Positions 1-12,200 of a stretch of 64,000 bases of DNA are shown piece after piece; position 1 is the first letter of the stretch, and each line of letters begins with the position of its first letter. The position numbers were made by a program, and so were the translations under genes. Location: NCBI GenBank assembly GCA_030141605.1, contig JAQGDQ010000295.1, positions 62,001-126,000 of the forward strand, given 5' to 3'. The notes under the pieces are model-generated. The model searched no databases. It was not told the DNA's origin and saw nothing but the letters and a program-made list of their open reading frames with translations. This DNA comes from Tubiluchus corallicola (taxonomy: Eukaryota > Animalia > Priapulida).

Positions 1-551
1 ACTTCTTTCCCTAACTATACCACATAATAGTACATTAATGTAGTTTGCTACAGTTATTGTAATAATATTTGATTTTTCCGAGTTACAGTGCATAATAGTT
101 CAGAGATAGTAACGCAAATTGTAAAGTAAAATTATATGCTGAAGGGGATAATAAATTACAAATTGCTGCTGAACCTTGCATAATTCATTGTAACGTAAAT
201 TTGAAACAATCGATTTTCTTGGCTTGGCTAAACTATAAAATACTGAAATGTTGACAAAAAAGAGTAAGGCTGAACAATATAGTCAAACATTAGTTTGTTT
301 TGATCACAAGACAGAATCTATGATGCAAAAACTAAATTAAGAATTTATAATTTATAATCAGAATAATTTGGCAGCAGATATAACGAAAAGTTTTTGCCTG
401 AACAGGATATAAATCTCATATCAGGTTTAAATCATGTTTCGCAATAAATTAATTTTCACACAGTATTTCACAGAACTGCCAAGACCAAAATGTAAATACG
501 CGATATCAAAAAAGCTCTTATTTTGGCGCAAAAACACAATATTTTATAAAT

Positions 552-620
552 AATTGTCCAATTCGTCCAAATATACTATATAACATAGTAGACTGGTATG
601 TTTGGACGAATTGGACAATT
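552..620. repeat. Inverted repeat, 25-bp arms (1 mismatch), 19-nt spacer
   Basis: aattgtccaattcgtccaaatatac ... gtatgtttggacgaattggacaatt. Confidence 0.9.
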
Positions 621-855
621 CCGGTTAGTAACCAGAGCAACAACTCACAGGCACCGTAGAATTTGTGTCGCATTATTTTGTATAATGATTTATAGCAGGT
701 TGCTAAAAGGCACTATTTTGTAGCAGTTTATGAAAATACTCAATATACAATTTAACTTTAAATTTTTAAAGAATATGATGCCTATTTGCAACTACAGTAA
801 GTTTCTTTAGTATAGTAATTTACATAGAAACAGCACCACTTCAAATACCATATTC

Positions 856-1012
856 ACTGTGATATATAAAAACTCGGCAAATTTTAAGTTTAAAATTTAC
901 AGCTGGGAGAGCGCGTGAGTTTTCGAACATGCGAACTACGTCACAATTGAACACTTCTGAACCAAGAGGTTACAGTACCTGTTTTTGTGCAACTGCGTTT
1001 CCAAGTTGCAAG
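856..1012 (+). mobile_element. Interspersed repeat family A, fragment
   Basis: aaaactcggcaa...gtcaca..gaacac..ctgaac..agagg..cag.acctgttttt aligns with 4531-4668 (-), 16255-16735 and 60125-60640. Confidence 0.75.
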
Positions 1013-2911
1013 TCTCCAGCCATTATCTGCTTTGAGAACAGAGCTGAATAGATGAAGTAATAACCATTTATCAATATGCTGCTTCCAGAAGCTTAGAATC
1101 TCGGGAGATGGTCGTTTCGACAACTTGTACGGCAGAGATCTCAGCACAGACCACATGTAATAACTGTAAATTATATCCTAATCCCCGAGACGTTTCTTAA
1201 ACAAGCAATAACTTTAGCTGGAGCAGAAACTTACAGAAGAAATGGTTCAGACGAAGTTCCTAAACTCTGTACATTATAAAGACCGAAAAGGAACGAAGCA
1301 AAATTCCATAAGCGAATGATCAAATTTAATTTAAGTATCAATATTTCACGACATATGAATAGTGAATTGCTATCATTGTATATCTGTGGAAGTGATGATT
1401 TTAATGTTGCTGTTAACTGTAAAAATTTTTATTCAAAATTACATTAGGAGTACTAAACGTTTTAATGTGACCACACCTTAGGATCCCTTTTATGTGCTTA
1501 TGGAAAATTTTAAGACAGTCATTGTTGTTCTTTAATTATTGTATTATTCATTGTATCACATCTGCTAACTTTGTATGTATATGTCTTTGATTGTGTATGT
1601 AAATCTATTTTAGTTTATTTGTATTAACACTACTTTTATTTTTATGCACTTCTGCTTGTACATAAATTTGATTTGCGTGGTGGGGATTCATGTATCAGTT
1701 ATAAAAAGTGTCTAATCTGAACCAAATTAAGTTTAAACTAATAAAAGTTGAAATTGAGATTGATCGTACATCACCTGGAAATTGAAATAAGTAACCAAAT
1801 CTGCAACTGCAGCACGACGATACAGACGAAATCTATTTTTATTTTTTAATAAGCCAAAACATAAGAAGCCCAATGGAAAATACGGTGACCTCGGTATCAA
1901 TAGACTGTAAATATGAACAGATGAACGGACAAACCGAAACAGACTTTTGACTAAGCATGTACTCTCACTATTATAGAGGTGTAGACAAATAGAAAGACGA
2001 CACGTTCCATAAATTAACACATGGATTCAAATACTAAACAAGGTAAAATAACATTGAAAGATGTCTCTAAAACATTGAACAATTTGATATATTTCACAAT
2101 AATAAACAGAGAAACCGTTCTCGCAACTAAAAGATTAAAGAGGTTCTAACAAGTTGACAGCTTCCTAAACACAAACAGAGAAATGTTGAACGCGAAAACG
2201 ATGACTTTGCACACACGCACATTTTCCATGATTATTTCTCAGCTTGAAAAATTACAAATGTAACCTTATCATGTAACCTTTGTCATTAGTATCAATATAA
2301 ACGTCTCACTGCCATTATTCTTATTTCAAACAGTTAAATGAACACAAGATGCCTTTTAATGCTTCCGGGTCTTTTGACAATGTATTCGTCTGCGGTACTA
2401 AGTGCACTTAAACCCGAAATCACCCCTGTGACACCAGTATTTTTAGATCCGCCCGGCAAACTCCCAGTTTTGGTTATAAACCACGTAAGCGTCTATACTG
2501 TTTTTAATACATTATGAATTTATTATATCCCATAAGAATAATAAATTTCTATATTTTCTGCGTAAAGTTAGTAATGATGTTCATTTGCCAGTTTTTATTA
2601 AAATGACACGAAATTTCTGTCTACAACGCCCCGCTAAAGGTCTCTATCGCATCGTCGTGTAGTTTATAACTGTCAGTGTTCATTTTGGCAGTATCATTCA
2701 TGTTGAAGCCATAGAAGTCATACAATCACGAAAATGAGCGCTGTCTTAGCAAGCAGTTCGTGATTTTGAACAAGGCTGCTGTCTTCACAAGATTACATGC
2801 AGTTACGTGTTCAAGTTTGCTATAGAATGCCAGATTGCCGCATACAGCGCGAACTAAGCAAACGGCGACCTGTGAACCATGACTTCAAAAAAACTGTCCA
2901 CAAGAACAAGA

Positions 2912-3162
2912 ACAACAACGCAAACAAGTATAAGACACCCAATTCTAGGATGTAAAACGCAAAAATATAGTGAAGAGGATGCGCTTTACGTACTTTTTAA
3001 CAATAATTCACCCCTAACAAGCCACCAAGTGCTCAACAACAACGCAAACAAGTATTTGAAATCCTATTCTAGGATGTAAGGAACACGAAAATATAGTACA
3101 GAAGATAGGCTTTACACCTTTTTAAACAACAATTCACTCCAAACAAGCCACTCAGCACTCAA
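2912..3162 (+). repeat. Diverged tandem duplication, ~123-bp unit x2
   Basis: acaacaacgcaaacaagtat...attctaggatgtaa...aaaatatagt...aattcac...aacaagccac occurs twice back to back. Confidence 0.85.
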
Positions 3163-3529
3163 TGTACTTTGCAATAGCTACTGAAGGTATCTAATTTCTC
3201 TCCTCGTCTGTTTCTCTTTTTCACTCTTCACATCTTCGTGGCTGTGTGCTTAAACAAATGAAAAACGAATGAAAATGAACGTAGTTACTGAGTGAATGAC
3301 TGAGCTGCTATTAATACGCCCAAATGCAATTGCACTTGTTTTAACGCGAACTGTCTCGAGCAAGATAGCAATTTTTACTTTTCACCTGGGTAACATAGAC
3401 ATTTCCTGCACACCCAGTGGCCTACTGCTGTGATCAACTGAGTAATTTCGAGAACACAGCCAGGTTCAAACTAATTCATCGTCCGTAAATGTCATGTTTC
3501 AAAATTGCGCAACCCCCTCCCTCATCGGT

Positions 3530-3670
3530 GACAAGAAATCACAGGAAGTCAGGGAAAAAAGTCACAAATAATTTTGGTTAGGGTTACGGTTAGGTGTTAG
3601 AGTTAAGGTAAGAGTTATTTCTTTTTTCCTGTGCCTTTTTTTCAATGACTATTCTACTTGTGACTTTCTT
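3530..3670. mobile_element. Fold-back MITE-like remnant with central GGTTAG-like repeats
   Basis: A-rich aagaaatcacagg/aaaaaagtcaca arm mirrored by a cctgtgcctttt/gtgactttctt arm, around ggttagggttacggttaggtgttagagttaagg. Confidence 0.55.
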
Positions 3671-4530
3671 ACTTGAATCCTCCACATCAACCCACATTAC
3701 TTGCTCCATGAACGCAAGCATGCAAGCGCCACTCCCCTATGTCGGGTCAGAGCCTCAATGCACAATTACAATGTCAGCGACATGGCAGGTCGAATAGACG
3801 GCTTTCAAGAAGCGAACAAAACATTACAAGTCAAGACATTCGTAGCAAGCGAGAAATAAAACCAATGCCACTTTTGTTTGCCATTTACAGGCAAAGAAGA
3901 TTAAATTTCCCTCTCTCTGGGTTAGTTGGGGATTAGTTCTCGTGTAAGAATCAGCGTGTCAAGCGCACATGGAAATAAGCAAAGATTTAGAAACACTGTA
4001 GCGACACGTGTAGCAACTCTGTTCACATTTGTGCAACTAACGGTAACAATAACGGAAACGAAAGTTTTAGCACAAGAACGCATGTTAAGTGGTATCTGCA
4101 TTAGAGAAGAAATCAGTATCAATCCAACTTTTCTTTCGGGCCGCTTCTTTACGGAATTTTGTACCACAAAATGCTCAATGAAAAACTGCAACCTCACACC
4201 TCAGATTCAAAAAAGAACATCAACACAACTACCGTTTACCACTAGTAAATTAGTTTTATGAAATATATTTTTTGGACATTCATTCTTGAAATTTTTCTAT
4301 AACCCTTTACTTTTTGCATAAAAAACCATGCCTCATAAATGCATATTCAGTTCAAAGTGAAGTGGGAATACGTATGCAGTCTTCACTGTAGTGTCCACAA
4401 CTTCACAAATACGACTGATGGAAGTGCCCTACAGTCACACATGTTAGTACTTCGCACTCCTGCTATCAGAAATGTGCTCAAAAATATCACACTACAAACA
4501 AATTCCAAAAACTATGAGTTTAGGAAGTGG

Positions 4531-4668
4531 GTTGCACATAAAGACGTGCGGTACCTCTCGGTTCAGGGGTGTTCAGCTGTGACGTTATACACGCGTTCCA
4601 GAGCTCATGCGTGAGCACAATGGTGAATTTGAAATTTAAACGTTGCCGAGTTTTTATATAGCACACTG
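4531..4668 (-). mobile_element. Interspersed repeat family A, fragment (reverse)
   Basis: Reverse complement aligns with 856-1000. Confidence 0.75.
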
Positions 4669-5469
4669 ATATGCAAAAAAATCGCAAATTTTCTGAAAAA
4701 TTTTTTATTCTCTGACAGCAGTTAATGTAAAATACACCTAAGAGGCTTGTAACAAATGACCTTCGATTAGCAAAGGACTGCAAGTGCCACGCTGAACCAA
4801 AATCGTCCTCTTTCGCAGTTCTACAACGAGAAGTCTAAAAGGAGACCATTACAGATCCTGCGCCGCTTGTAGCAAAGCTTCGCCCACTAAAAGTCGGTAG
4901 CAAAAACAGTAAAATGTCTGGCGAAAGTACTTGACAAGGCAAAGACCGCATCACTGAGAACGCAAACATGATCAAACAAGGCAGGCGAAATGAAAACAAT
5001 GTGATGATCACGGAAAATGTTATTCTGTGCAACGTCCCATAATACAGGGCGAGCAAAAAATAACATCCCTCTTACACGCGTTAATGGCTTTTCAAACAAA
5101 ATGAAAGGTTGTGAAATCAATTAAGCTGATGCAAAAATATTTTCTTTTCATCTACGAGTAGATTATGTGTGCAGATGAATGAATTGCAACAATCTTAGAT
5201 ACCGTGGGTAACGAATAGACTTATTACACACGAGTGATTAAAAAAACTAAACATTCTTCCACACTGTTGCCATCTCTTTTTCTCCCTCCCTCCCTCCCTC
5301 TCCTCCTCTGTCTCTCCCTCCCTTAATGACTATCCGTACTATTAAATATGTACACGATAATGTAATCATACTATTACTTGCATAGTTTTTATTTATAATA
5401 TGATACCACAATACTGACACAATACACAATCTAATCCTGCTACAAGCGTATCACGGCAAAGAGGATGCC

Positions 5470-5595
5470 ACTAGTGACATCTTACGGTTAACATGATCCC
5501 ATTACAGACATTAGCGGTAATGTTATCCCATTAGTGACATGTTAGAGTTAACATAATATCCCAATATTAGCATGTTAGGGTTAGCACGACCCCAT
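5470..5595 (+). repeat. Degenerate ~30-bp minisatellite
   Basis: Recurring gacat.ttag.gtta.cat.atccca units (~4 copies). Confidence 0.6.
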
Positions 5596-6139
5596 ACTAC
5601 ACAAACATAACCGAACTAACCTGAAGCAGAAAACTCGAAATAAACTGTCCTAAATCGTTACATTTATACTAGCCGTCCCATTTTATCATTTGACTTCGTA
5701 TTGGTATAGTAAGGGTTAATGTGAATGAAATAAGCACAGATCGTGTTACTAACGACGTCACTGCTCACTCAGTTGCAGTAATGCCTGCCCATTTGTCAAA
5801 ATGAAACTAATTAAATTTCTGGACGCGCTGGCACACAGCAGCAGCATCCCCGGCATCTCCTCTCATCCTGCAGCAGCTTCCACATCCTCTAACTGCAGCA
5901 GCAACGCGTAATTAAACCGTAACGATGCCATTTGTGACGCTAAATTTGTTATAGACAGGATTTATGTGAACAGACAGCAGACTATATTGCCTGGTACAGT
6001 GTGTCGCATGAATTTCTGTAAGAAACAAGAGAAACACGGATGGCACGAGACTTGAAGTTAGATCAGCTAACAATGTACAATATTTGTCAAATTAATGTCT
6101 TTTCACAGTTTCGTTGTGCGCAAGCGCAGTTGCTATAGG

Positions 6140-6404
6140 TTAAAGGTTAAGTGTACCACGGCAATGCGCCTTAACTACAACCGTCACGTGACAAGTGGGT
6201 AAACCAAAGCTGTCTGCCGCATCAGTTCAGCAACTTCAGTTGTTTTACGTGGACTTTACTTAATTCTGCATTGGTCTGTGCATTGGATCTTGCTTGGGAG
6301 TAAGGTTCTAGCTAACTGTAAAAACTGTTACTATTATGACAGCATGGGATGCGAAGCGTTGTCAAGTGTACACAAATGCGTTGTCTGGTGCACTTAACCT
6401 TTGA
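6140..6404. mobile_element. MITE with ~25-bp TIRs, TTAA/TTGA flanks
   Basis: ttaa-aggttaagtgtaccacggcaatgc ... gcgttgtctggtgcacttaacct-ttga. Confidence 0.8.
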
Positions 6405-9080
6405 TCTTTTCACGATCATCATCAATCGCTGGAACGGTGAAAAGGCTTATTACCCCGACTGTACTGTAGCAATGTTGAGTTATAAATAATGACAATAAAA
6501 ATGAACGTGTTCAAATATGGGCATTTTAAAGTGCTTTAATCTAGTTAGAAGTCACTGAGAACTTTAAAGCAATCACATATTTGGATGAAATAACCCAGGA
6601 ATAATCATTCCAGGAGAACCACACATAAAGGATGGCTTATATTAAATTGGGGTGAGGGGTGTAAATTTGGTTTCATTAGGTGCCTGTCTAGCAAAAATTT
6701 GGCTTTAGGATACCTCATGACTTCCAGAAGAAGCCAGCCAGAAAGGATGTAAATTTGGCTTCATTAGGCACATGCATTGTAAAAGTTTGGCTCAAAGATG
6801 AACTGTAATTTGGTCTGAATGTGAAACGTTGGGTTACACGCACGCACGTACGTTTTGCCGCATGTAAAATATACAAACCTTAGTGCCTGATATGTTCAAA
6901 AACACATTACATGAACAAGAGCGAGAATAACGGCAAAACGGCGAAATAGTTCAACAGATCTATTTACGGTTACTTCGTAAGTGACTAACCGAAAAGATAT
7001 TAAAACGCAAAAACACAAACGAAAATGTGATAAGCCTTAAAAATATATGTGCATTTATGGCATATCATACCAACCGCAAATTGGAAAGATAGTACATTTT
7101 GCAACACATTCAAATACATACACTATGTCAGTCATCGTGTACTGAAGAGGTTCATGATATCACCGCAAAATTCTCGAAAAATTATAATTTTCAAAATTAT
7201 CTTTCTACCATAAATGACACGTGTGCCCGTTTGTCTAACCATCACGCAAGAAACCACAGTACTGAAGTTCCGTTTCCGCCATTTTTGTATCAGAAATCTT
7301 ACATTTCACGAGCTCTGACTATGTATGGCGCAAAAATCACAGTAGATGAAGTTCCACCACGTTCCTTCAATGTAAATTCTTTGGGCTGTAACTGCCAATG
7401 TGCAGAAACAAACCATGGCAGCACAGTTATCCCACTCGGAAGCGAACGCTAAACGAAACGCCAACTAAAAGCCAATCGAAGCAATTCAGTGCAACTCAGC
7501 CGACACCGCACGAAACCACTAACTTCGTGCTCGACAACTGCAAGCCACACGTAAACATTGCAGTCGATGGGAAACGTGCAAAACTGACGCGCATGCGCAC
7601 AAAGGTCAACAACGTGTGGCGGGATAGATTAGTAGAATCATTAGCCTGATGGCATCCATCAAGAGGAGAACCGGGCGTAACAAGGTCATGAACATCTGAT
7701 GGAATAAATAACCCTGGAGGTATCCCTATCAGCGGATCCACGTCAGAGTGTACAGGAGAACTGATTATCCTAGTGGCGTCCCCTGCACAATAATAAAAAA
7801 ATGTGCAGGTTCAAGGCCATACATCTGTGCGGCTATTAAGGCCCAGAGTTCTATGACACCATAGCGCCAAAAATGGGTGAGCCCAGATTCAACATAGCGA
7901 CCCGGAAGCATCATCAATCAAAAAGCGACGGGATGGATGCAGATCATAGAATCTGCAACTACACGGAGGTTTAAGAAGTGAAAAGATCGAGTTTAATGTA
8001 GTCACAAAACATGATGGGCGTGGCAACATTCTTTAAGTTCAATGTCACAACTAATTATTTCGTAATCTAGCCAATCAAACTGGCTAGTGGTTGCAAATAT
8101 ACTACCACGAAATGGGACACTACTGTTTATCACTAAAACAAAAAAATCCCTGTCTTCACAAAGCTAGAACACGAGAAAGCAGTGATAGATATTAGCTTGA
8201 GAAACTCAAACGGACGGTTTGGTCTTCATAACGTTTTTGGTAAAGTAGCCTTCTTATGTGCTTTCTACAGAATGAAATTCCCTTTATTATGTCTTTTTAG
8301 AGAAGAAAAATGATACAGTATACATTTTGAGCATGAATAAGACACACCTTCAAAATCAGACCCACAAAAAATCAAAATCTGCGCGCAAAAAAATCAATAA
8401 TTCTGCAATCAGCGCTTTGCTCAGATGCATCCTGGCGTAGATCCGCCTGCTTAGATCATCCAGAGTTCTTCAACCAGAAGGAAGGAGAATCTAATATTTA
8501 TGCACCCCAGCCCTCACGGATGGTGCACTTCTACTCAAATATCCAAAATCAAAAATCTGCTAGCGGGTAAACAAAAACTTGCTGTGCAAACAGACAAGCA
8601 ATAAAGCGAATAAATAAAAACAACAAACAGCTCAATTTGAGATTTACACTAAACACATAACTGCAAGCCGCGCAAAACTAAAAGTACAATACTTTTCTAC
8701 GCCTACAGCTTGAGCGTCTTAACGGGTTGTTATCAGTTTAAGTGATATTAAGTTAATTACGGTCAAAGGAGCCGACAGTCGACTAAAATTAATGACAGTG
8801 TTTAACTGAGGGCAGACTGATGGGTTTAAATTACTGTGTGGTTAGGAACAATTTATTATAGGAACCTCAGCATTGGATGAATCTGCAATGTAGCAAGCAA
8901 TGACCGTTTAAACTATTAAGCAACCTGACCTATTCATGTGGAAATTTCGATCACTAATTTAGCTAGATTCTCTTTTTTAACCGAGTTCAGTCCAGAATTT
9001 TAAAGAAATTTTGTAAAAACGTATTAGGCTACATTGATCTTAAAACTGGTAGCGATTTTTCTCGACAAACAAGCTATAGC

Positions 9081-9207
9081 ACATTTGTATAGTGCCAAAG
9101 AACTACATTTGTATAGTGCCAAAGAACTACATTTGTATAGTGCCAAAGAACTACATTTGTATAGTGCCAAAAAACTACATTTGTATAGTGCCAAAAAACT
9201 ACATTTG
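9081..9207 (+). repeat. Minisatellite, 24-bp unit x~5.3
   Basis: acatttgtatagtgccaaa(g/a)aact starts at 9081, 9105, 9129, 9153, 9177, with a partial copy at 9201. Confidence 0.95.
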
Positions 9208-12200
9208 CTTGATACATTGTGTAGCATATTCATTGCAAGGATTACAGAGAAGCAAGGGCATTCCAAGACTGACGGCTAAAGAAATATTCTCCGATAACTA
9301 CTATATTAGACCAAAAGAAGTTAAACTTAAGGTTATACACTTTAAAGAATCTTAAAAGTTCAAATTTCATTTCCAGTTTTCCAGTTTCCCTAATTTACAG
9401 CACCATTGAATTAATCACTACATAAAAACAATATTTCTGGCCAGATAAGTATAAGCGCTGACAAATAATATAATTATCTCCACAAAAGGGAAAATGTATC
9501 TCAAAAGGTTTTTTGGTTCACATTTGCGTGGTCTGCTAAGTTTTATTTGGTGGTCCTTTGACCTGTGGTCCTTTAACTGGTGGTTTTTTTACCTACACCC
9601 TTCCAAAGGCGGATTGTACAAAATTTTCATAAAACATCTTTGCAAACTGCGCCATAACGAGCCTAATCAAGCAGCATTTTAACGTACTACGTAAGTCGAG
9701 GTAGTTAGCCACCAAAATACTTTAAATAAACAAAAAGTTAAACAGAATCTTACAGAACAAAGACAGCTTAAATTAAAAACTAGTTTTAAGATTTCGACTT
9801 AATAAACCGCCTGTGTTTGCCTTGTCTTCGCCGACTCAAACCCCACACAAAGATGTCAGACAACTGTCGAATAATTTAAACTTAACAAGTTGTACAAACA
9901 TTCTCACAATTATGAAATATTAAAACACTGCATGATATAACAAGATCTGACAAGCTACCTGCGATTATTCCGATACTTAAGCTCAGTAATTTCATGTTTG
10001 TTAAATTTTTGCATTCCCTTTCTTAAAGTTCACCCATTAATCCTTCACCACTTCACCTATCTTTCAATATACTAATTCTTCATGCAAAATCACCTCAATA
10101 TAATTCCACTATCACGGCTGGCTGAAAAGCTTCGGCTTCTGACTTTTCTACATCCCATGAGTGATGTTACTGTATTTTTGTATCGACTTGGTTATGTGTA
10201 TTGGTAAATACACTACTACTGTATAAACTATATTATAGTAGGAAAGTTTTTATTTCTTGTGCATCGAAATTAGTTCCGTTTCCAGCCCCTCTCCGGGGCC
10301 CCATTTTGACCAGAAATTCTAATTTCACATGTTTTAATAATCTTTTTGTACTTTATAAAAGATTTTAGTTGTAGAAATACCACAGTATCTTTCTCTTTTC
10401 AAAATCTCTTAAATTAGTTGATTTTCTTCAAAAAGCTTAATTCGTGTTTGTTGAGAACCCAGTCGTTTTCGACATCTTGCGATTCGTAATCCCTAGCTCT
10501 CCTATTCTTACAGCACCTCTTTTTCCAAACTCTTAAAGTGCAAGACTTAAAACTCGCAAGTTAAAGTTCGACGAAGAAAACACTCAGCACCCTGCGGTGA
10601 TTTGTTAAATTCCCAAACCCGTAGCTGATCTCCTGATTTCAGAAACTGTCAAATTCTCTGTTTTCCAAACAACTCGTGAGCGAAAATTAAATCATCTAAG
10701 CCTCCGAGGAAAACCTGTCACGTGACCTGGGTGACAGGTAACATAAAAAGGCACTTACCTGGTACATTGTCAACCACAAAAGCGCAGCATGATGTAGCCT
10801 TTCCACTACTCAGCTTTAGTGACAGTCAAATTCTGCCCACTTTTCTCTATGACAGCCGCATGGCAGGTATATGGCTGCGAGGAAAGGGTGGTGCAAAATG
10901 ACTGCGGATTTATGACAAAAGGAGACTAATCGCTTTTTTACCACATATAACCAACTTTTGTCAATGAAATTAGTTACTGGGAACATGAACCCTTTCTAAA
11001 CTTTTGAAGACGCCTATGTTGGAAATTGAGAAATGATTGAATAGTGAGAACAGCGTGTGTTTTACGTATAATAAATATATTCAAACAGCCGTTTTTTACC
11101 CTTATTTAAGTAACACAAAATACTACTGTTTTCTTTTCTAATATCCTGAGCTCCAAAAGACAGATAAGTGACCTAAAAGTGTTTACCGTGAGCTAACAAT
11201 GTTTCAGACAGTCTGAGACAGCACTGTCTCAGGTAAAATTCAAAAAATATGATTACTTGCATAAAATTTTAAATATAAATTTATACATTTCAACCCAATA
11301 AAAGTTATACAGTTTAGTTATGATCATTTAAGCCTTTCTTGTGGCGAAGCTACAAGAGGAGTTGTACAGTCTTACTAAAAAAATTTAAAAGAAACTAATA
11401 TCCGATAATACACATGTGCACTCAACAAGTGACATTCCAACAAAAGCATTTATGATTTTAATTCAAGTAAAACACAAAATGTAGATCAACAGCAAATTAC
11501 TGACGAATTTGCAAAGTAATGTATGTTAATTTCTCTTTCATGTTTTTACGCTTTACAAAAAATGACCATTGGAGCCAATTTACAAAGGTCGTCAATCTGC
11601 AATCAAGAACAAACTTCCTTGTTTTGAACCTAGCCAAATTCTAAGAACACGCACAGAATGCTAGATTTACCTTTATGGGTAAATCATCTTGCAAAAGCTT
11701 CTCTTTCAAAACATCGGAAGCTGTCGTAGAATAAAAGGGAATGCAACATAATAAAAAAAGAGATGCATCAGGTCTATCAGAAAATGCTAATACTGGGTCT
11801 GAAGCCATCGCTTCAACCATCGTGATCAGTCAAGCGTGCTAAAAGCTTCTTCAATGGCTTCAATGGAATAACATCATGCATCCATCATTCATAGGAGAGA
11901 GAAGAAACGTCAGGAGGAAAAAAGGAATCTGGTTTGTTTAGATAAGTGAGAAATGAGGAGAGGAAGGTGATGGATGTGGCAATGAAACCCGACTTATTGT
12001 TGTATGGCTTCATTTATGACAGGATAACTTGCCAATAACTTGCAAATCTGCATCAGAATAACAAGTATTAAAATGTTTAAAACATGATGAATTTCACGGC
12101 CTTGAGAAGGATCATTGCATTTTCAGCAGCGCAACTAAAAGCATATAAATGATTTTTCAGCCACTAAAATTAGTCGTCAGCTAGCAATATGCCAAATCTT

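Noticed and set aside
3576-3616. Interstitial telomere
   Set aside because: Only a few degenerate GGTTAG units, located inside a fold-back element.
10753-10762. ACTTACCTGG resembling the U1 snRNA 5' end
   Set aside because: Downstream sequence does not follow U1. Better explained as a minus-strand splice donor.
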